DNA of 63,740 bases, counting the filler, from Craspedostauros australis (lineage: Eukaryota), in assembly GCA_030167865.1 (NCBI GenBank). It is 4 parts of 4 records of this genome, joined end to end, with 100 filler letters (N's around TTAATTAATTAA, not from the genome) between each part and the next. Parts side by side here need not be neighbours in the genome. Positions count along the whole stretch, not along the records: positions 1 to 30,445 come from JALAGF010006413.1; 3 more parts are not named here. One strand, given 5' to 3'. A program made the position numbers and the translations under genes. This document shows, piece by piece, positions 13,694-26,500 of this stretch. The notes below the pieces were generated by a model. It was given only the letters and a program-made list of their open reading frames with translations. It had not been told where the DNA came from and searched no databases. The first letter of the stretch is position 1; each line of letters begins with the position of its first letter.

Positions 13694-15401
13694 TCAAAAA
13701 TACGGTCGCAGCTGATTGGACACGGCTTCGTACGTCATGAAGGTGATTGCCTGACCTGGGACGATGCGCATCAGGCGCGGTGTGATGCCCTTCCACAGAG
13801 CGAAGGCGCCTTCGTGCTGCGCGATTGCTACGCAACCCTGAATCAGGCCCGTGTAACGTGGTGCCTTGCCGGGGATCACCACCTGTTTTTGCAATCTGGT
13901 CTTGACGACGTCTGTGGGTGGGGTGAACGACGCAGTCAATATTGGTGGAGGAGATTGTCAGAATCGCGCAGTGTGAGTCAGTGCAGTGCACAAGATCTTT
14001 CCAACCGCATGCTTCATCCTCAGACACCCATGAAAGCGAAGTTCAACAACTCGGCCGATAGCATCATACATACGTACCCAACGGATTGTTGCACATCGGC
14101 CCGACCGCACCCGACAATCCACCCAGCATCAACGACTGCCAATGCTCCAACTTGCGCTGCCCCTTCGCATCTACCGAGCCGGGACTGCTCCAATGCTCCA
14201 GCACGTATTGCTTCGCCGCATGGTACGCCGTGAAGTTGGCGGCCTGGTTGATGCCCTGCCGCAGCATGGTGGGGACGATTCCCTTGTACAGCGCCGACGG
14301 GCCTTCTTCGCGCACGATGGTTTGAGCCGTCTGAAGGACGTTGCGGTATTTGGGACGCGCCGTGGCATCCATCAGGCTGTGGCGTTGTGATTGCATGCGG
14401 ATTTTGCACACTTCGACAGGCGTGACGACGAGAACGGCTTCCGTCAATCCGGATGCCAGACCGGCGAGGAGATTGATGGTCATCGGGGACCACGTTCCCA
14501 TGCGCAAGAGTTGCGGCACCGAGATGACCCCATTGGCGATATTTTGCTGTTGCGTTGCATCGATGGCCATCTGCTGTTGTTTGGCCGTGCTGAGCAGCGT
14601 GCGCACCTGTTCGAAGGCGAGGAATCGGATGGAGAATTTCAAGATGGCGCCAGTGTAGACTGCGGATAATCCCTTGTACAGTGCCAGGAATCCTTCATTT
14701 TGGATGATGCGTCGCGCGGTGCTGATGGGGCCAGGCGGTTTGGCACCGCTGGCTGCCGCAGCGTCTGCCACGGATGCGCCGATGGAGCTGTTCTTGACGA
14801 CGATGTTGTGTGGCGATCCTCTCGTTGAGGTGGCCTTGGTGAAGGTTGGGGGTGAGTGCAGAGACACGGCCGCTGCCGCCGCAGGATCCGACGCGGAGGA
14901 CCAGGTCTGCCGTTGCAGCACCGACCTACCCGCCGGGTCCTGAAGGGAGTGGCGCAGACGTTCCATGGTGGGATCAACAAGAGAATGGCGAATTTGCACG
15001 ACCACTTGCTCCACCTTCGTGTTGGAACGTTGACGACGCAGTTGCATCCTCGTTTTGATCGTGTCTGTGTGCGTGCGCGTGTGGCGTTAGAGTGACATGG
15101 AATTCGAAATGGAATGGGGATGTGCATGTGATTGGAACATGGTGAGTTTCGTGGGGTGAAATGAAAAAGGCGTCGACAGACAGTATTCGTATTCTCACTA
15201 TTGGCGCATCGGTGCGAGCATGATGGACTTACCCAACGGATGGCAGATGGAGCTTTCGGTTAGACCGGCAACGCCACCCGCCAAGAATTGGATCATCGGA
15301 TGATCCTTCTTTCGATCGGCCTTGGCGGATGTCGCCATGATCACGTTGGTGGCAGAGCTTGCACCATTTTTGCGGTCGGTGGATGCCGTTGGGACGGCCA
15401 T
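13694..15401 (-). CDS. SFC1: Mitochondrial carrier, succinate/fumarate (SFC1-like) subfamily; exons 15401-15233, 15064-14078, 13911-13694
   Basis: Three PxD/ExxKxR signatures (HPLDTIKTRMQ, TPVEVCKIRMQ, NPLDVVKTRLQ), two of them assembled across phase-1 GT-AG introns; ALYKGIVPTMLRQGINQAANFTAY and WKGITPRLMRIVPGQAITF resemble SFC1. Confidence 0.88.
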
Positions 15402-16386
15402 GATGCTTCAAGATGGATTACGATGCGATTGATTCGCGAGAGAATGGATGGTGTCGAATGTGCAAATCGAGCAGAGCGAATGGATCCCGCGATTTGTTCC
15501 TTTTCGTTGGTGTCGTCGCCGTCGTCGTCGCTACTGCTGTCGTTGGTATCGCCGTCCTGCGGTCAAAATTGTGAGATCGGCAACTTCGAGGTTGAAGAAA
15601 CAACAGAAGCAGAAAGGCAACGATGTGGATGGTGATGTGTTCAGATCTTTTGTGCGAGCACGCGTCCAAAGGAAAAAACATCACCACCATCGTCATCGTC
15701 GTCGCCAATCCTCCTGTGCCAATCCTCACCCCGGTGTCATGTCAACATCATGACGCATCTTCGTGGATCGTGACAACATCCTTCCGCTTCCAATCCAACG
15801 GCGTCGTCATCCACAATGGCGTTCTCTGATGCACAGCAGAGATTCACGTCCACCTCTCTCTCTTGTCATCAACCGTCCGATCACTTTCTCGCACCTGTGG
15901 GTGTCAACAAAGGGTGCGCATCACCGTCCTTGCCATCACCGCATCCTTCATTTTGTGAACGTTTCGATGTCGCACCCTTCTGATCGATCGTGAATGATGT
16001 CAACGCTGTGAGTCATGAGTTTTCAGACTCATCCGATTCAATGGACAAGCTTCGCCATTGAGATGACGTGGCAACGACTCGATGGAGCAATTCAAAAACA
16101 CGATCTTGCGAACTCTTCCGCACAAATTCGGCGCCAAACGACCAAAATCGTCGCGATGCTTCGCCGCACAACAGACAACACGGCAACGAGCGCTTCCAGA
16201 CGACATCGCGTCAACTGACCTTCCCCTCTCATCGCAGCGACGGCGAAGGAACGGCAGAGGCACAACACTCTCACAACACTCTGCTCGGCTGGTATTCTCC
16301 ATCCACATCACTTTGTTGTTGGTTGCCATTGTTCCTTTTGGTCTGTGGAAGAAGAACAGAAAGAGAAGGAACGCACCGTTCGCACC

Positions 16387-18476
16387 ATGGCGGATTACAA
16401 CTCAAGCACAACGGGATCATCCGCCGGCGATGGCAGCAACGGAGGTCTGCTGCCTGCCTTCGTGGCAGACCTGCCCTTGGCTGCACAGCTGGTGTTGGTC
16501 TACCTCTCTGCCTTTGTCTTTGTCGGAGTGATCGGTCAGGTGAGTCAACAGCATTTGCATGCGTTCGGAGTGTGCTTTGGTGTGTCTCACAACATGGATT
16601 GTCACAATGAAAGGATGGAAGAATGGAGTGAATGAGAGGAATGGGTGTTTGCCGATTGTGGTCCGTTGGTTCGTCAGTCATCAGGACGTTGTTGGTCATT
16701 CATCACATCCTGTTGTCATACGAATACTATTTATATATCCACTCACACATTCATGCATCCACTCAACAACCACACTCACTCAACCACACTCACTCACTCA
16801 ACAAACAGGACTCTGGACCTGGCCTCAGCAAGGACTTCCCATGGCAGTTCCGCCTGCTGGCATCGATGCGCACGCCGATGCTGGTGTTCATCGTGGTGCC
16901 GCTCAGCTTTGCCAAGTGGGCCTACAACACCTACGTCGTGGAGCTCATCCGCGCATTCCAGCGCAGCAGCAGCGGCAAATCGGCCATGGAGGGTCACCAG
17001 GACCGCTGCCAGGTCGTCGTGGATCAGGTGCTGGAATGGAACAAGGCTGGTCGCAAGCAACCCATGCGCACTGCGCGTCCCAACTGGGCCAGCATGTCCA
17101 CCAAGCTGTCGTCCAACAAGGAATCGTGCCACCGCGTTTCCGTGGCGCATCTCAATCACATCCTCGACGTCGATGAGGAGAACCTCACCATCACGTGCGA
17201 ACCCGGCGTCACGATGGGCATGATCACGCACAAGCTGCTGCCCAACAACCTCGCCTTGAAGTGCCAGATCGAGATGGAGTCGATCACCATCGGCGGGGTC
17301 GCGTCCGGATTCGGTCTCGAGACCAACTCGCACAAATTCGGTTTCTTCCAGGAGACCGTCGTCGAGTACAAGCTCGTCACATCGAGCGGGGAGATCGTCA
17401 CCTGCACGGCCGAGTCCAACCCCGATCTGTTCTACGCACTGCCGTGGTCGCACGGATCGCTGGGATTCCTGCTGAGCCTCAAGGTGCAATTGCTGCGCAT
17501 CAAGCCGTTCGTCAAGATCACCTACATCCCAACCTACACGGCCAAGGAATTGCAGACCAAGCTGCAGCGCTACGCCGAGTCGGAGGACGATGATGCGGAC
17601 GCACCCGATTTCGTGGAAGCAACCGCGTACACGAAGGAGAAGGCCGTGATTCAGCTCGGCAAGTTCGTGGATGCACCCAGCACGGCAGATGAACGCAGTC
17701 GCGTCAACGGCATCAACTACTTCTGGAAGCCATTCTACTACAAGTGGGTGGAGACCTTCCTCACGAAGGGACAGGACTGGGAGATCGCACCCACCAAGCA
17801 CTTCTACCACCGCTTCACGCGCAGCATCTTCTGGGAGCTGGAGGACATGATCCCATTCTCCAACCACCCCATCTACCGCTGCCTGTGGGGATGGATGGGC
17901 GCACCCGAGGTGTCTCTCCTGAAGTTGTTCCAGGGCCCCGTCATTCGCCAGAACGCCGTGAACGCCCACGTCGTGCAAGAATCCATCGTCCCCATCGCCA
18001 AGGTGGCGGAGGGCATGGAGAAGTTCGACGAATGGTTCGGCGTGTACCCCCTCCTCCTGTTCTGCATCCGCATCCACCACCGCGGCAAGCACTCCGGCTT
18101 CCTGTCGCCCGAAAAGCAGCATCTGAAGAAGGGCAAGAGCTGGGGCATCTGGGTCGATTTGGGTGCCTACGGCGTGCCGCGCCCCGTGAAGCAGGGCAAA
18201 TCGAGCTGGAGCCCCAAGGACAACATCCGCGACATGGAGCACTGGACGCGTGAGCACAACGGATGGCAGGCCACCTACACGGATCTGTTCTGCACGAAGC
18301 GCGAGTTCCGCCAGATGTTCAACCACACGTTGTACGATGCGCAGCGCATCAAATACAACGCCGTCGACGCCTTTCCGGAAGTCTACGACAAGGTCAAGCC
18401 CGAGAAGGGCATCGTGGATCTGTCCGATGTTGTGGCCGCCGAGCAGGCCGCCGATGAGAGTCGCAAGAATCAGTAA
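16387..18476 (+). CDS. DWF1: Delta24-sterol reductase (DHCR24/DWF1 family FAD oxidoreductase); exons 16387-16539 and 16809-18476
   Basis: Phase-0 intron 16540-16808; N-terminal TM; motifs MRTARPNWASMS, CEPGVTMG, ITIGGVASGFGLETNSHKFG, DLFYALPWSHGSLGFL, HRFTRSIFWE, AFPEVYDKV typical of DHCR24/DWF1. Confidence 0.92.
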
Positions 18477-18812
18477 ATGCGATGCACTACGATGCTACAG
18501 GAGTATTGACACATGAGGGTAGTCTACAGCTTACACGTCGTATGTGTGTACTGTTCTGCACAACACCGAAAGCGAAGGAGAGCTGTTGACGTGCATAGTT
18601 GTAACGATCGTAGTTTTCTGTTGGTCGCGATGATCACGATCGAGCCTTGTGGTGTCATTGCGTTAATTAAGTAGGTACTTAGTGTTCGTGATTCATCACA
18701 GAATTGTCCTCAACCAAGACCTTTCTCCTTCGAACGCATCAACTGCCTTTGTACGAGAGACGGGGGCAGTCACGATGGCGCATCGACGCAGAGTAGAACA
18801 GACCACTTCAGC

Positions 18813-18884
18813 CCATACTCATACTCATACTCATACTCATACTCATCAACTCATAGTAGGACTCACATACACACACACACACAC
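18813..18884. repeat. (CATACT)n and (CA)n microsatellites just upstream of the 18906 ORF
   Basis: Directly visible tandem repeats. Confidence 0.85.
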
Positions 18885-18905
18885 AATGCAAAGACGGTGA
18901 CAACG

Positions 18906-21900
18906 ATGACAACAATCACAGAACTGGAGATGAACACGATATCGCAGCCACGCCCTTCGCTGGACGTCTACGTGAAGAGACCTGCGCAATCGAAGGACGG
19001 CGCGGAGACCGCCACGTCGGACGCCTCTTCCTTGGACATCATCCAGCTGCTGCACAGTGAGCGGCGGTGTGGCAAGCGCATGCAGGATTCCTCCGCGTCC
19101 ACGTTGCCCACCGTCTGCAGCAGCAGCAAGGGATCGTCGTCATCGTTGCCGCTCATCGTCGATATGAACAGTCGCACGCAGTGTGATGGCGTTGCATCGC
19201 ATGCCAACGTACAGCGCGGCATGCATGGTCTGCTGGAACCCATCTTATCGGAGCGCTTGTTGAAGATCCATCGCGGTGCAACGCAAGAGGATGCGAAGCC
19301 ACGCACGCAAGGCCACAAAGAGCAACAACGATCGCGGTCCTCGCAGACAGATTCGACGTCCCACATCTTTCGGCGATCGCGCACGATCAGTCTCGATGAC
19401 GAGGCGAGTTGGAATCAGCCGGATAGTCTCTGGAACCCGCAGACGCCCACGTCCGTGCAATCCACCTTCGTTCCTGCCAGCGCCTATTCGTATGATCCGA
19501 CGGAACGCATCAAGCACAAGTACAACATGTCGGGGCCGTCGTCCTACTCCATGTCCGACTTGGATCAGTTCTTTCGTCAGGTTGAGATGCAGGGTGACGA
19601 TTCGTCGTCGTCTTCTTCATCATCATCATGTTCTTCATCATGTTCTTCATCATGTTCTTCATCGTCTCCGCAATCTGACGACGAACACTCGGAGATTGAT
19701 GATTCCGAACATTTCAGCAAACATATCAACAAACATGCCAAACGCAACAGGCACAACAAACATGCCGCATCCGCACAATCGCCTGTCTTGGAAGACGAAT
19801 CACCTCGATCCAGTATCTTGGATCAACTGGACTTGAAGGTCTTCAGCAACAAGCCGAAACTCGCCAGCATTCCAAAACGCGCAGAAAGGCGATCGAATCT
19901 GTCCCATTTCCTTGCGGGTGGCGAGCTGGCCTCCTGTACCAGCTCCGTAGCGAGCCGATCGTCCACCAGAGGCCGTCTTCGCGATTGCAGCAGCGTCGGT
20001 TCGAGACGTGATGTGGACAGCGTCGTGTCTCCCAACAATCGAAGGCGCAACATTCGTATCTCCATGTTGCAACAGTACATCGATGAAGAACGTAAGGAGG
20101 AGCAACGGCGTATCGCGGCGCAGCGCAAACAGAAAGAAGCGAAACGAAAGGCAGTCAAAATCAAGGCTGGATCGCGAGAACCGCATGACAACAACACGCC
20201 GGCAGCAGACAGCAAGAAGGAGGTGGAACCAATCGATATCAACGCCAAGACCGTTCACACGAGCAACCGTGCCGATCCCGCCTCCAAGAAGAAGAAACGA
20301 AAAGGTCATCGCAAGCAACGTCGTTCCCACACCCTTTCACCCGTGCGTCGAGCCCCCGACACCATTCGCAATTCGATATCGTTGAGTTTGCTCATGGCAG
20401 AGCTCTCCACGGCCAGATCGGAAACATTCCGCTGCATCGCAGAGGGCTTGCCGATGGTGCCCTCCCTCGCTTCGCCGATCGTCCACAATGCACCGACTCC
20501 GATTCTGAAAAAGTCATCCTATGGCAAAGCGCCGCACCAATCCAAGCCCAATCGCAAGCGAGACAAGAAATCGAAACGATCCGCGTCGTTGTCGCCCAAG
20601 CAAAGCGCGGCTTCCAAGAACAATCGCAAACCGACTGCCCGCACAAAGCCAATCATCGTGACCGCGAGTCTCCCCACGGCACCGCCGCTTGCCAACACAT
20701 CGAATCCAGATTTGGAGTACAGCAGCGCAAGTTCCAGCTACTCACTCGAAGCGCATCCGCAGTGGACGCTCGACTCCATGCCATCCTTGGTCGACTCCAA
20801 CTTTGATTCGCAGGGCACGAGTTTCACGCGATCCTTTCAGTCCAGTTTTGGCAGCAAGGTCATGGATAGCGAACAATCGCAGGTAAAACAAGAGCAGCAC
20901 ACGACACGTGGTCGATCGGCAGCGCAGCACGATGCCCGCAAGCCAAATTCATTCACGGTGATCGTCTCCCCGAATCCACGCAAGCGGGCGCGCAGCGTCG
21001 AGGTCCTGTTGCGAGGGCATGACTCGGCTGGAAGTTTGGAACTCAGCGTCATCGATGACAATCCCTCATTCGTCAAGTCGACAGTCGAAGGAGGTGCGTG
21101 GAATGCAGATCATCACAAGGCGACCACGAAGGAGGTTCTGGAACCCAAGCTGATTCCGAAGCACGCCACGGTGCATCCATGCTACGATACGTTGCCCGCG
21201 CACACGAATCATTCCGTGGCGTCGTCCGATGTCACGCCGCAACCGCCGCTGCGGTCGGCATCGGTGGTATTTCGTTACAACGACGACGACAGCAGCGAAT
21301 CCACCTTGGATCTGGCTCCGTGGATGCCATCGATTCCGGATCGAACACCCAGCGACACCTCCAAGCTGCGTCCGCATAATCGCGATGCCAACAAGAAGAA
21401 AGGGAAATCGTCGTCGAGCAGCAAGTCCAAGAAGAGCAACGACAAGAAGAAGGATAGAGCGCATCTTCCAATCTCGCCCCATTCCAAGAAGGCGACTCGT
21501 GCATCTTCGAATAATAACGCGGCGGTATCGACAGACAAGAATCGACGGCATCGGTCGTTGTCGCAAGGACGCGCGTCTTCCAAAATCGGTGCGACCAGTT
21601 CTATCAGCACAACGTCGACAGCTTGCAAACCAACATCGCAAAAACGGTCATCGTCGTTGTCACCGAAACCGCAATCACGAAGCCGATCGGACGGGCATGC
21701 CAAACCCTCCAAGAGCACCAAATCAGTTGCGCCCCATACGAAAGTCCCACGTGATTCGAAGACTATGTCGGAAACAAAGGGGCAACCAAAGCGGACCATG
21801 TCATCGCAACAGCAGACCAAACGGAATGGAAGATCGGAATCGTTGCCTCCCAAACGCAATGCATCCATGTCCGCGAAGCAGCAGCAGACTGCGGAAAGCG

Positions 21901-22001
21901 CAAGATCCACAAATCGTACGACGAACAAGCACGGGAAGCACAGTGATGACGATCGCAAAAGGAAACCATCTCGCTCGAGCTCGTTGCGTCCACGCAAGTA
22001 G
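18906..22001 (+). CDS. Large intrinsically disordered Ser/Lys/Arg-rich hypothetical protein
   Basis: Uninterrupted ~1030-codon ORF; poly-Ser, basic clusters, recurring RSxSLSP-like motifs; no folded domain recognised. Confidence 0.75.
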   Translation: MTTITELEMNTISQPRPSLDVYVKRPAQSKDGAETATSDASSLDIIQLLHSERRCGKRMQDSSASTLPTVCSSSKGSSSSLPLIVDMNSRTQCDGVASHANVQRGMHGLLEPILSERLLKIHRGATQEDAKPRTQGHKEQQRSRSSQTDSTSHIFRRSRTISLDDEASWNQPDSLWNPQTPTSVQSTFVPASAYSYDPTERIKHKYNMSGPSSYSMSDLDQFFRQVEMQGDDSSSSSSSSSCSSSCSSSCSSSSPQSDDEHSEIDDSEHFSKHINKHAKRNRHNKHAASAQSPVLEDESPRSSILDQLDLKVFSNKPKLASIPKRAERRSNLSHFLAGGELASCTSSVASRSSTRGRLRDCSSVGSRRDVDSVVSPNNRRRNIRISMLQQYIDEERKEEQRRIAAQRKQKEAKRKAVKIKAGSREPHDNNTPAADSKKEVEPIDINAKTVHTSNRADPASKKKKRKGHRKQRRSHTLSPVRRAPDTIRNSISLSLLMAELSTARSETFRCIAEGLPMVPSLASPIVHNAPTPILKKSSYGKAPHQSKPNRKRDKKSKRSASLSPKQSAASKNNRKPTARTKPIIVTASLPTAPPLANTSNPDLEYSSASSSYSLEAHPQWTLDSMPSLVDSNFDSQGTSFTRSFQSSFGSKVMDSEQSQVKQEQHTTRGRSAAQHDARKPNSFTVIVSPNPRKRARSVEVLLRGHDSAGSLELSVIDDNPSFVKSTVEGGAWNADHHKATTKEVLEPKLIPKHATVHPCYDTLPAHTNHSVASSDVTPQPPLRSASVVFRYNDDDSSESTLDLAPWMPSIPDRTPSDTSKLRPHNRDANKKKGKSSSSSKSKKSNDKKKDRAHLPISPHSKKATRASSNNNAAVSTDKNRRHRSLSQGRASSKIGATSSISTTSTACKPTSQKRSSSLSPKPQSRSRSDGHAKPSKSTKSVAPHTKVPRDSKTMSETKGQPKRTMSSQQQTKRNGRSESLPPKRNASMSAKQQQTAESARSTNRTTNKHGKHSDDDRKRKPSRSSSLRPRK

Positions 22002-22212
22002 AAGAGTTCGGGCTGTGCATAGCCATCCCCATGGACCATACAACGTAGAATACAAATGTAGGACTTCACGATTTTACGTTTACGTTGGCGGGCATGTTTA
22101 CAATGTATTCCATTATGTTGAGATTGATTGCTTGTTGTTCCAACTAGCACACTCCCAATTCATTCATGAGCTGCTGCGGACGACTTCGCACTGCAAGTGC
22201 CGATTCGCTTAC

Positions 22213-24497
22213 TCACTCCTCTTTCTGTTGCTGTTGCGGCGGCGGTGGTGATCCATTCGTTCCGGCCATATCTGCACCATCGCCGGACACCTTATCACGC
22301 AATACATCTTCCAACACCCAACACTCCGGCTGGGCACCTCGGATTTCATGCGCCAACAACCGAAAGTCCGGTTCCGGATAGAACCGATGCTGCGGGCTGT
22401 AATTGATCAAGGCGCCGATATGGCTCATGTACATGTCGCAATACCGCCGCAACGAGTGCGCAAACAAGGACGGCTGATACCGGGCGCGGAACACGCTGCC
22501 GAAGGGGTTGCCCAGCAAGGCCGTTTCCTGATCGCGCCACCGCGACACGAGCTTCTCCAACGAATCCAGCACCGCGTTGTCCTCCTGCGTCCGCAACGTG
22601 GGGCCCAGCTCAGTTTGCAGCAACCGCAGGGAGTTGAGCAAGAATTCGATGGTGCGTTCCACGAGCACGAAATTGGACTGCTCCTGGATGTCCAATTCGA
22701 AACCCACCTCGGGCGTCACCGCAGCAGTGATCCAGCCGAATTCGCGCTTGGCATCGACGAGGTCCGCAAACAAGGAATCGCCGATGTACAGGACGTTGGA
22801 AGTCGCCAGACTGAGGGCGCCTGGCACAATGTACTTATTTTGGACTCGATCCCTACCGGTGGCATCGCTCCAATCCATCAACCGCGTGAGCTCCCGCAGG
22901 CAGCCTCCCGTGTAGACGCAGCCCTTTTCGAAGCAATCCACTCGTTTGAACTGCACGCGGCTGTTCTCCTTGTTGACTTCTCGGAACGGGCGCTTCGTCT
23001 CCGTGTAAAAGATTGGTTTGCCGGCGCTTACAATGACTGCAAAATGGGTGTGCGAGTGATTGGGTGAGTGAGGAAGACGCGTAGCTGAGTGAAACGACAG
23101 AACACCAGCCTACCGCAATATGATTGCACCATGACGTGTCTCCATACGAGCATGATACTTACCAGCGTCCCACATCTTCATCCAATCGTCGCCGATGACG
23201 TACTTCATGCCCGCATCGACGTACCAATACGGCGAATTGCTGACGAACATGAGCCGCTTGTCGGCCAGCTTGAGATGTTCCAGAACCATCTTGAGATTGG
23301 GCGACGGATCGAAGTACCTTTCCGGATTGGACGCGACGAGACGATGGAAATCCCCCGAGATATGCGTGTCACCGATGGCACCCAGCACATCCGTGACCGC
23401 GTTGCTGGGACAAAAGTCAATGTTCTCATTCTTGAAGTACTGGATGGTGTCGGCGATGAGGCAGCACTCGGCCATGCTGAAGAGGTCGTTGAGCGGCTTG
23501 AGACGCTTGCGACGTTCGGTGGGTGTCAGGGCACGCTTGCCACGGTACTCGTCGTAGATGCGCGACGTCTTGACCTTTTCGCGTCCCTCCCACGCCACGG
23601 CGACCTTGTGGGTGTAGGAGAGATGGCAGATCCATCCGGTTTCCCTGTCGACGGCGAGTCCTGTGAGGAGATGGTGCAGGGAGAAGCCAATTGGCGTTGT
23701 GAGGTTGTTGAGTGGGGAGGCGGTGCATGGATTCGTCCAAAAATAGATGCGAATGTGCAGACCAGTCAATGGCAGACCAGGGCAGTAGGTTGGTGCAGAC
23801 CTGCCGAAAATGCGCGCAGCAAAATAGATTCTCGACCATCGCGCGAGCAGCATCAACATCAACAACCATGCTATCACCATCACCAATTCCAACACCACTC
23901 ACCGCGGATACTGAAAAATGGATCGAACTTCATGGAATCATCCTCCAACATCTCCATGGGATACAAGCGATCGTTGACCAACCGTTTCAGTGCCATGTCG
24001 TAGATAAGATCCAGAAGATCCACCGTGTAGGACATGAGGGTGTAATCATAATCAAATCCGATCGTATCGACCTTGCCGAGATCGACGTACGTGTTGGCAA
24101 AGATGAGATCATGACGTTCGCTCTTGGGCGCGCCGGGCACATTGTTGGCGACGGTCTGGATGGGTTGCTGCTGCGTCGCACCATCCATGTGATGGTGCAT
24201 CTTGCGGATGATGTCTTCCGTCTCCATCAGGATCTTGTTGACACCGGCGTGATGCGAATGTCGTGGCAAGGACAGCAGGGTCTCCGTGATTTCGAACTTG
24301 ACGGACGGCGTCGATGCAACGATGTTCGATTCGGTGGCCGCGTTGCATCGCGGGGAGCGGCGTTGCTGGTTTGTGGCGATGATGGCAGCAGAATGATGAT
24401 GTGCGACGGGTGCTGGCAAGAATGCGTCACAAGATCTGTTGGCCACTGTCATCAGCATCAACATCAGCATCATGGCGGTCATGAGATGACCCATCAT
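22213..24497 (-). CDS. HAD-superfamily 5'-nucleotidase (cN-II/NT5DC family), plastid-targeted; exons 24497-23903, 23660-23163, 23036-22213
   Basis: IFAN...GFDYDYTLMSY (motif I), FSIR|GLAVD across intron 1, FVSNSPYWY, WDA|VIVSAGKPIFY...RPFR across intron 2, VYTGG, VLYIGDSLFADL; signal peptide ending RSCDA-FLP. Confidence 0.9.
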
Positions 24498-25639
24498 TGA
24501 TCGTGAAGAAGGTCTGAAGAGCGAAATGTGGCACCTCATCATCCAACTTGAACTTCGGACTTTGCGATCGCGTGTGTGATTGTTGTGCAAGTATTTTATG
24601 GTGCTCTTGTGGAATGCGAGTATGGGAGGGAGCTGTGATGATGGCACGGATGGCGACTACAGGGAATCTCACGGATGCAACGATAGAAGATTCAGCGATC
24701 TTTCCTCTGATCTCTCTGCTCTGTTCTGCGGCTTTGTTGACAGCGATCTTCGCGAGGTCAAGCAACAGCCCTTGATTGGTTCGATGATGGATGGAGAGGT
24801 GTGTGGCTCTATGATCGTACAGTAGTTGTTGGACAGGATAGTTGTTGGATAGTCGTTGGATGGTCGCAGGATAGTTGTGGGATACACTCATCCTCTGTCT
24901 CCTGCGAATCTCCGGATGCGGAACAGAGAGAGGGAGGGTGACTGTCATCAACATCACACTTTCGTTGGTGACATGTGTGACGTCGGTCAACCACAACAAC
25001 TCAAAACAATCAAGACATGAAATCATCGTGATGATTGGAGATTGACAGACCTCGCGACCTCGTGGATGTAAATCCCGCAAGACTCAGTTGATCGCATGCC
25101 GACAACACAAACAGAACAACAGAAACGGAATTGCTCACACAATCCTCTTCGTCCTCGCGAAAATGCAATTCTCCTTGCACGCGGTGCGATCAAGAGAGAG
25201 ATCAGGAGCAGGAGCAGTAGCAGCAGAAGCAACGATGGCATTGAGAAGGAAGAACGAGAAACTTTCGTGTTTTTGATTATCGAGTTCTTTCTTATGTATG
25301 GGAGGTTTATCTAAGACCTTCGTTGTTGAAACGAGACCGCAGTCCGTTTCTCTTTCATTCATGTTTTCCGTTCATCTCTTCCGTTCATGTCTTCGTTGTG
25401 TTCTTGTCTTCCTTGCTTCAGATGGATCGTCCGAATTGAGATGGAGCACGCATCTGGATGGAGAGGCCCGTTGCAGTTGGGTTGGGTGGGTAAGTTTGGT
25501 TGTGACCAAATGCATCTTGGTCTTCACCATTGACAATACTCCACCCTCTGTCAGATGCATGAGTGGCACCACTGTTGCCACCGTGGAAGGATGGTGGGAT
25601 AGTGGGAAGTGAAGCTGATGGTGGCACACTCACATCACC

Positions 25640-26500
25640 CTACGTCTTGGGAGCTCTGGGCTTGAAACGGTTGGCTTCGGTTGCCTTGTTTTTCATCCAC
25701 TTGATAAAATCGATGTCTGATTTCTTCGCACTGGATTTGACAACGCCACCACGATCTTGAGCACTGGAAGATTCGCGCTCTGCCACGGTTGCTTTCGTTT
25801 CGGAAGCTCTGGGCTTGAAACGGTTGGCTTCGGTTGCCTTGTACACCGCCATCTCGGCGTCACGGATGGCTGATTCCTTCGCACTGGACGTGACAACGCC
25901 ACCACGATCTTGAGCACTGGAAGATTCGCGCTCTGCCACGGTTGCCTTCTTCTTGGCATTCTTATCCCTCGCACTATTGCGAGCTGTCTCACCGGATTGC
26001 TCTGTGGGACCACCACTGCTTGCTGGCTTCTTGGCGCCAACAAATGATTTGTTGAATGAATGTGAGGAGTCAGAGGATTGCAAGGACTTCCGAGCCATCT
26101 CGGCACGCTGGATTTTGGCATTCTGTTGTTCAAGAAAGTCCGACGCATCGACCTCCTCTCCCTCCATAGCGGTGAATTCTGCCATCAGCATTTTTGCTTC
26201 TGCCATCTCCTTTTTTAGGTCTTCTACTTCCCTTGCGACAGCATCGGATTCTCGCCTTGCATAGGCCTGCTCTTCCTGGGCAGCCACAGTATTATCTTCC
26301 AATTCGTCTACCCCCTTGTCGATGAAATACATGGTTTCTTTGTGCTCCTGCTTCTTGCGCCTGCGGCGTTGCTCGTCAGCTTTCAACTTAATTGAAACGT
26401 CATCAAAAGCGGGCACCAAGTGTTTCCACGACAAACACTTAGGTAACATGTTTCTGGACTTGCTCTTTGCATCTACGCTGGTATTGCCCGCTTGACTCAT
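25640..26500 (-). CDS. Hypothetical coiled-coil protein with a 51-aa C-terminal tandem duplication
   Basis: ATG at 26500 (MSQAGNTS); charged helical core; KATVAERESSSAQDRGGVV and KATEANRFKPRA each occur twice, 153 nt apart. Confidence 0.55.
   Translation of the reverse strand: MSQAGNTSVDAKSKSRNMLPKCLSWKHLVPAFDDVSIKLKADEQRRRRKKQEHKETMYFIDKGVDELEDNTVAAQEEQAYARRESDAVAREVEDLKKEMAEAKMLMAEFTAMEGEEVDASDFLEQQNAKIQRAEMARKSLQSSDSSHSFNKSFVGAKKPASSGGPTEQSGETARNSARDKNAKKKATVAERESSSAQDRGGVVTSSAKESAIRDAEMAVYKATEANRFKPRASETKATVAERESSSAQDRGGVVKSSAKKSDIDFIKWMKNKATEANRFKPRAPKT

Noticed and set aside
16794..18326. 510-aa antisense ORF over DWF1, and similar long antisense ORFs over the ABC1, nucleotidase and FIST-IGPS genes
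   Set aside because: Shadow ORFs caused by the codon bias of the sense gene; no recognisable motifs.
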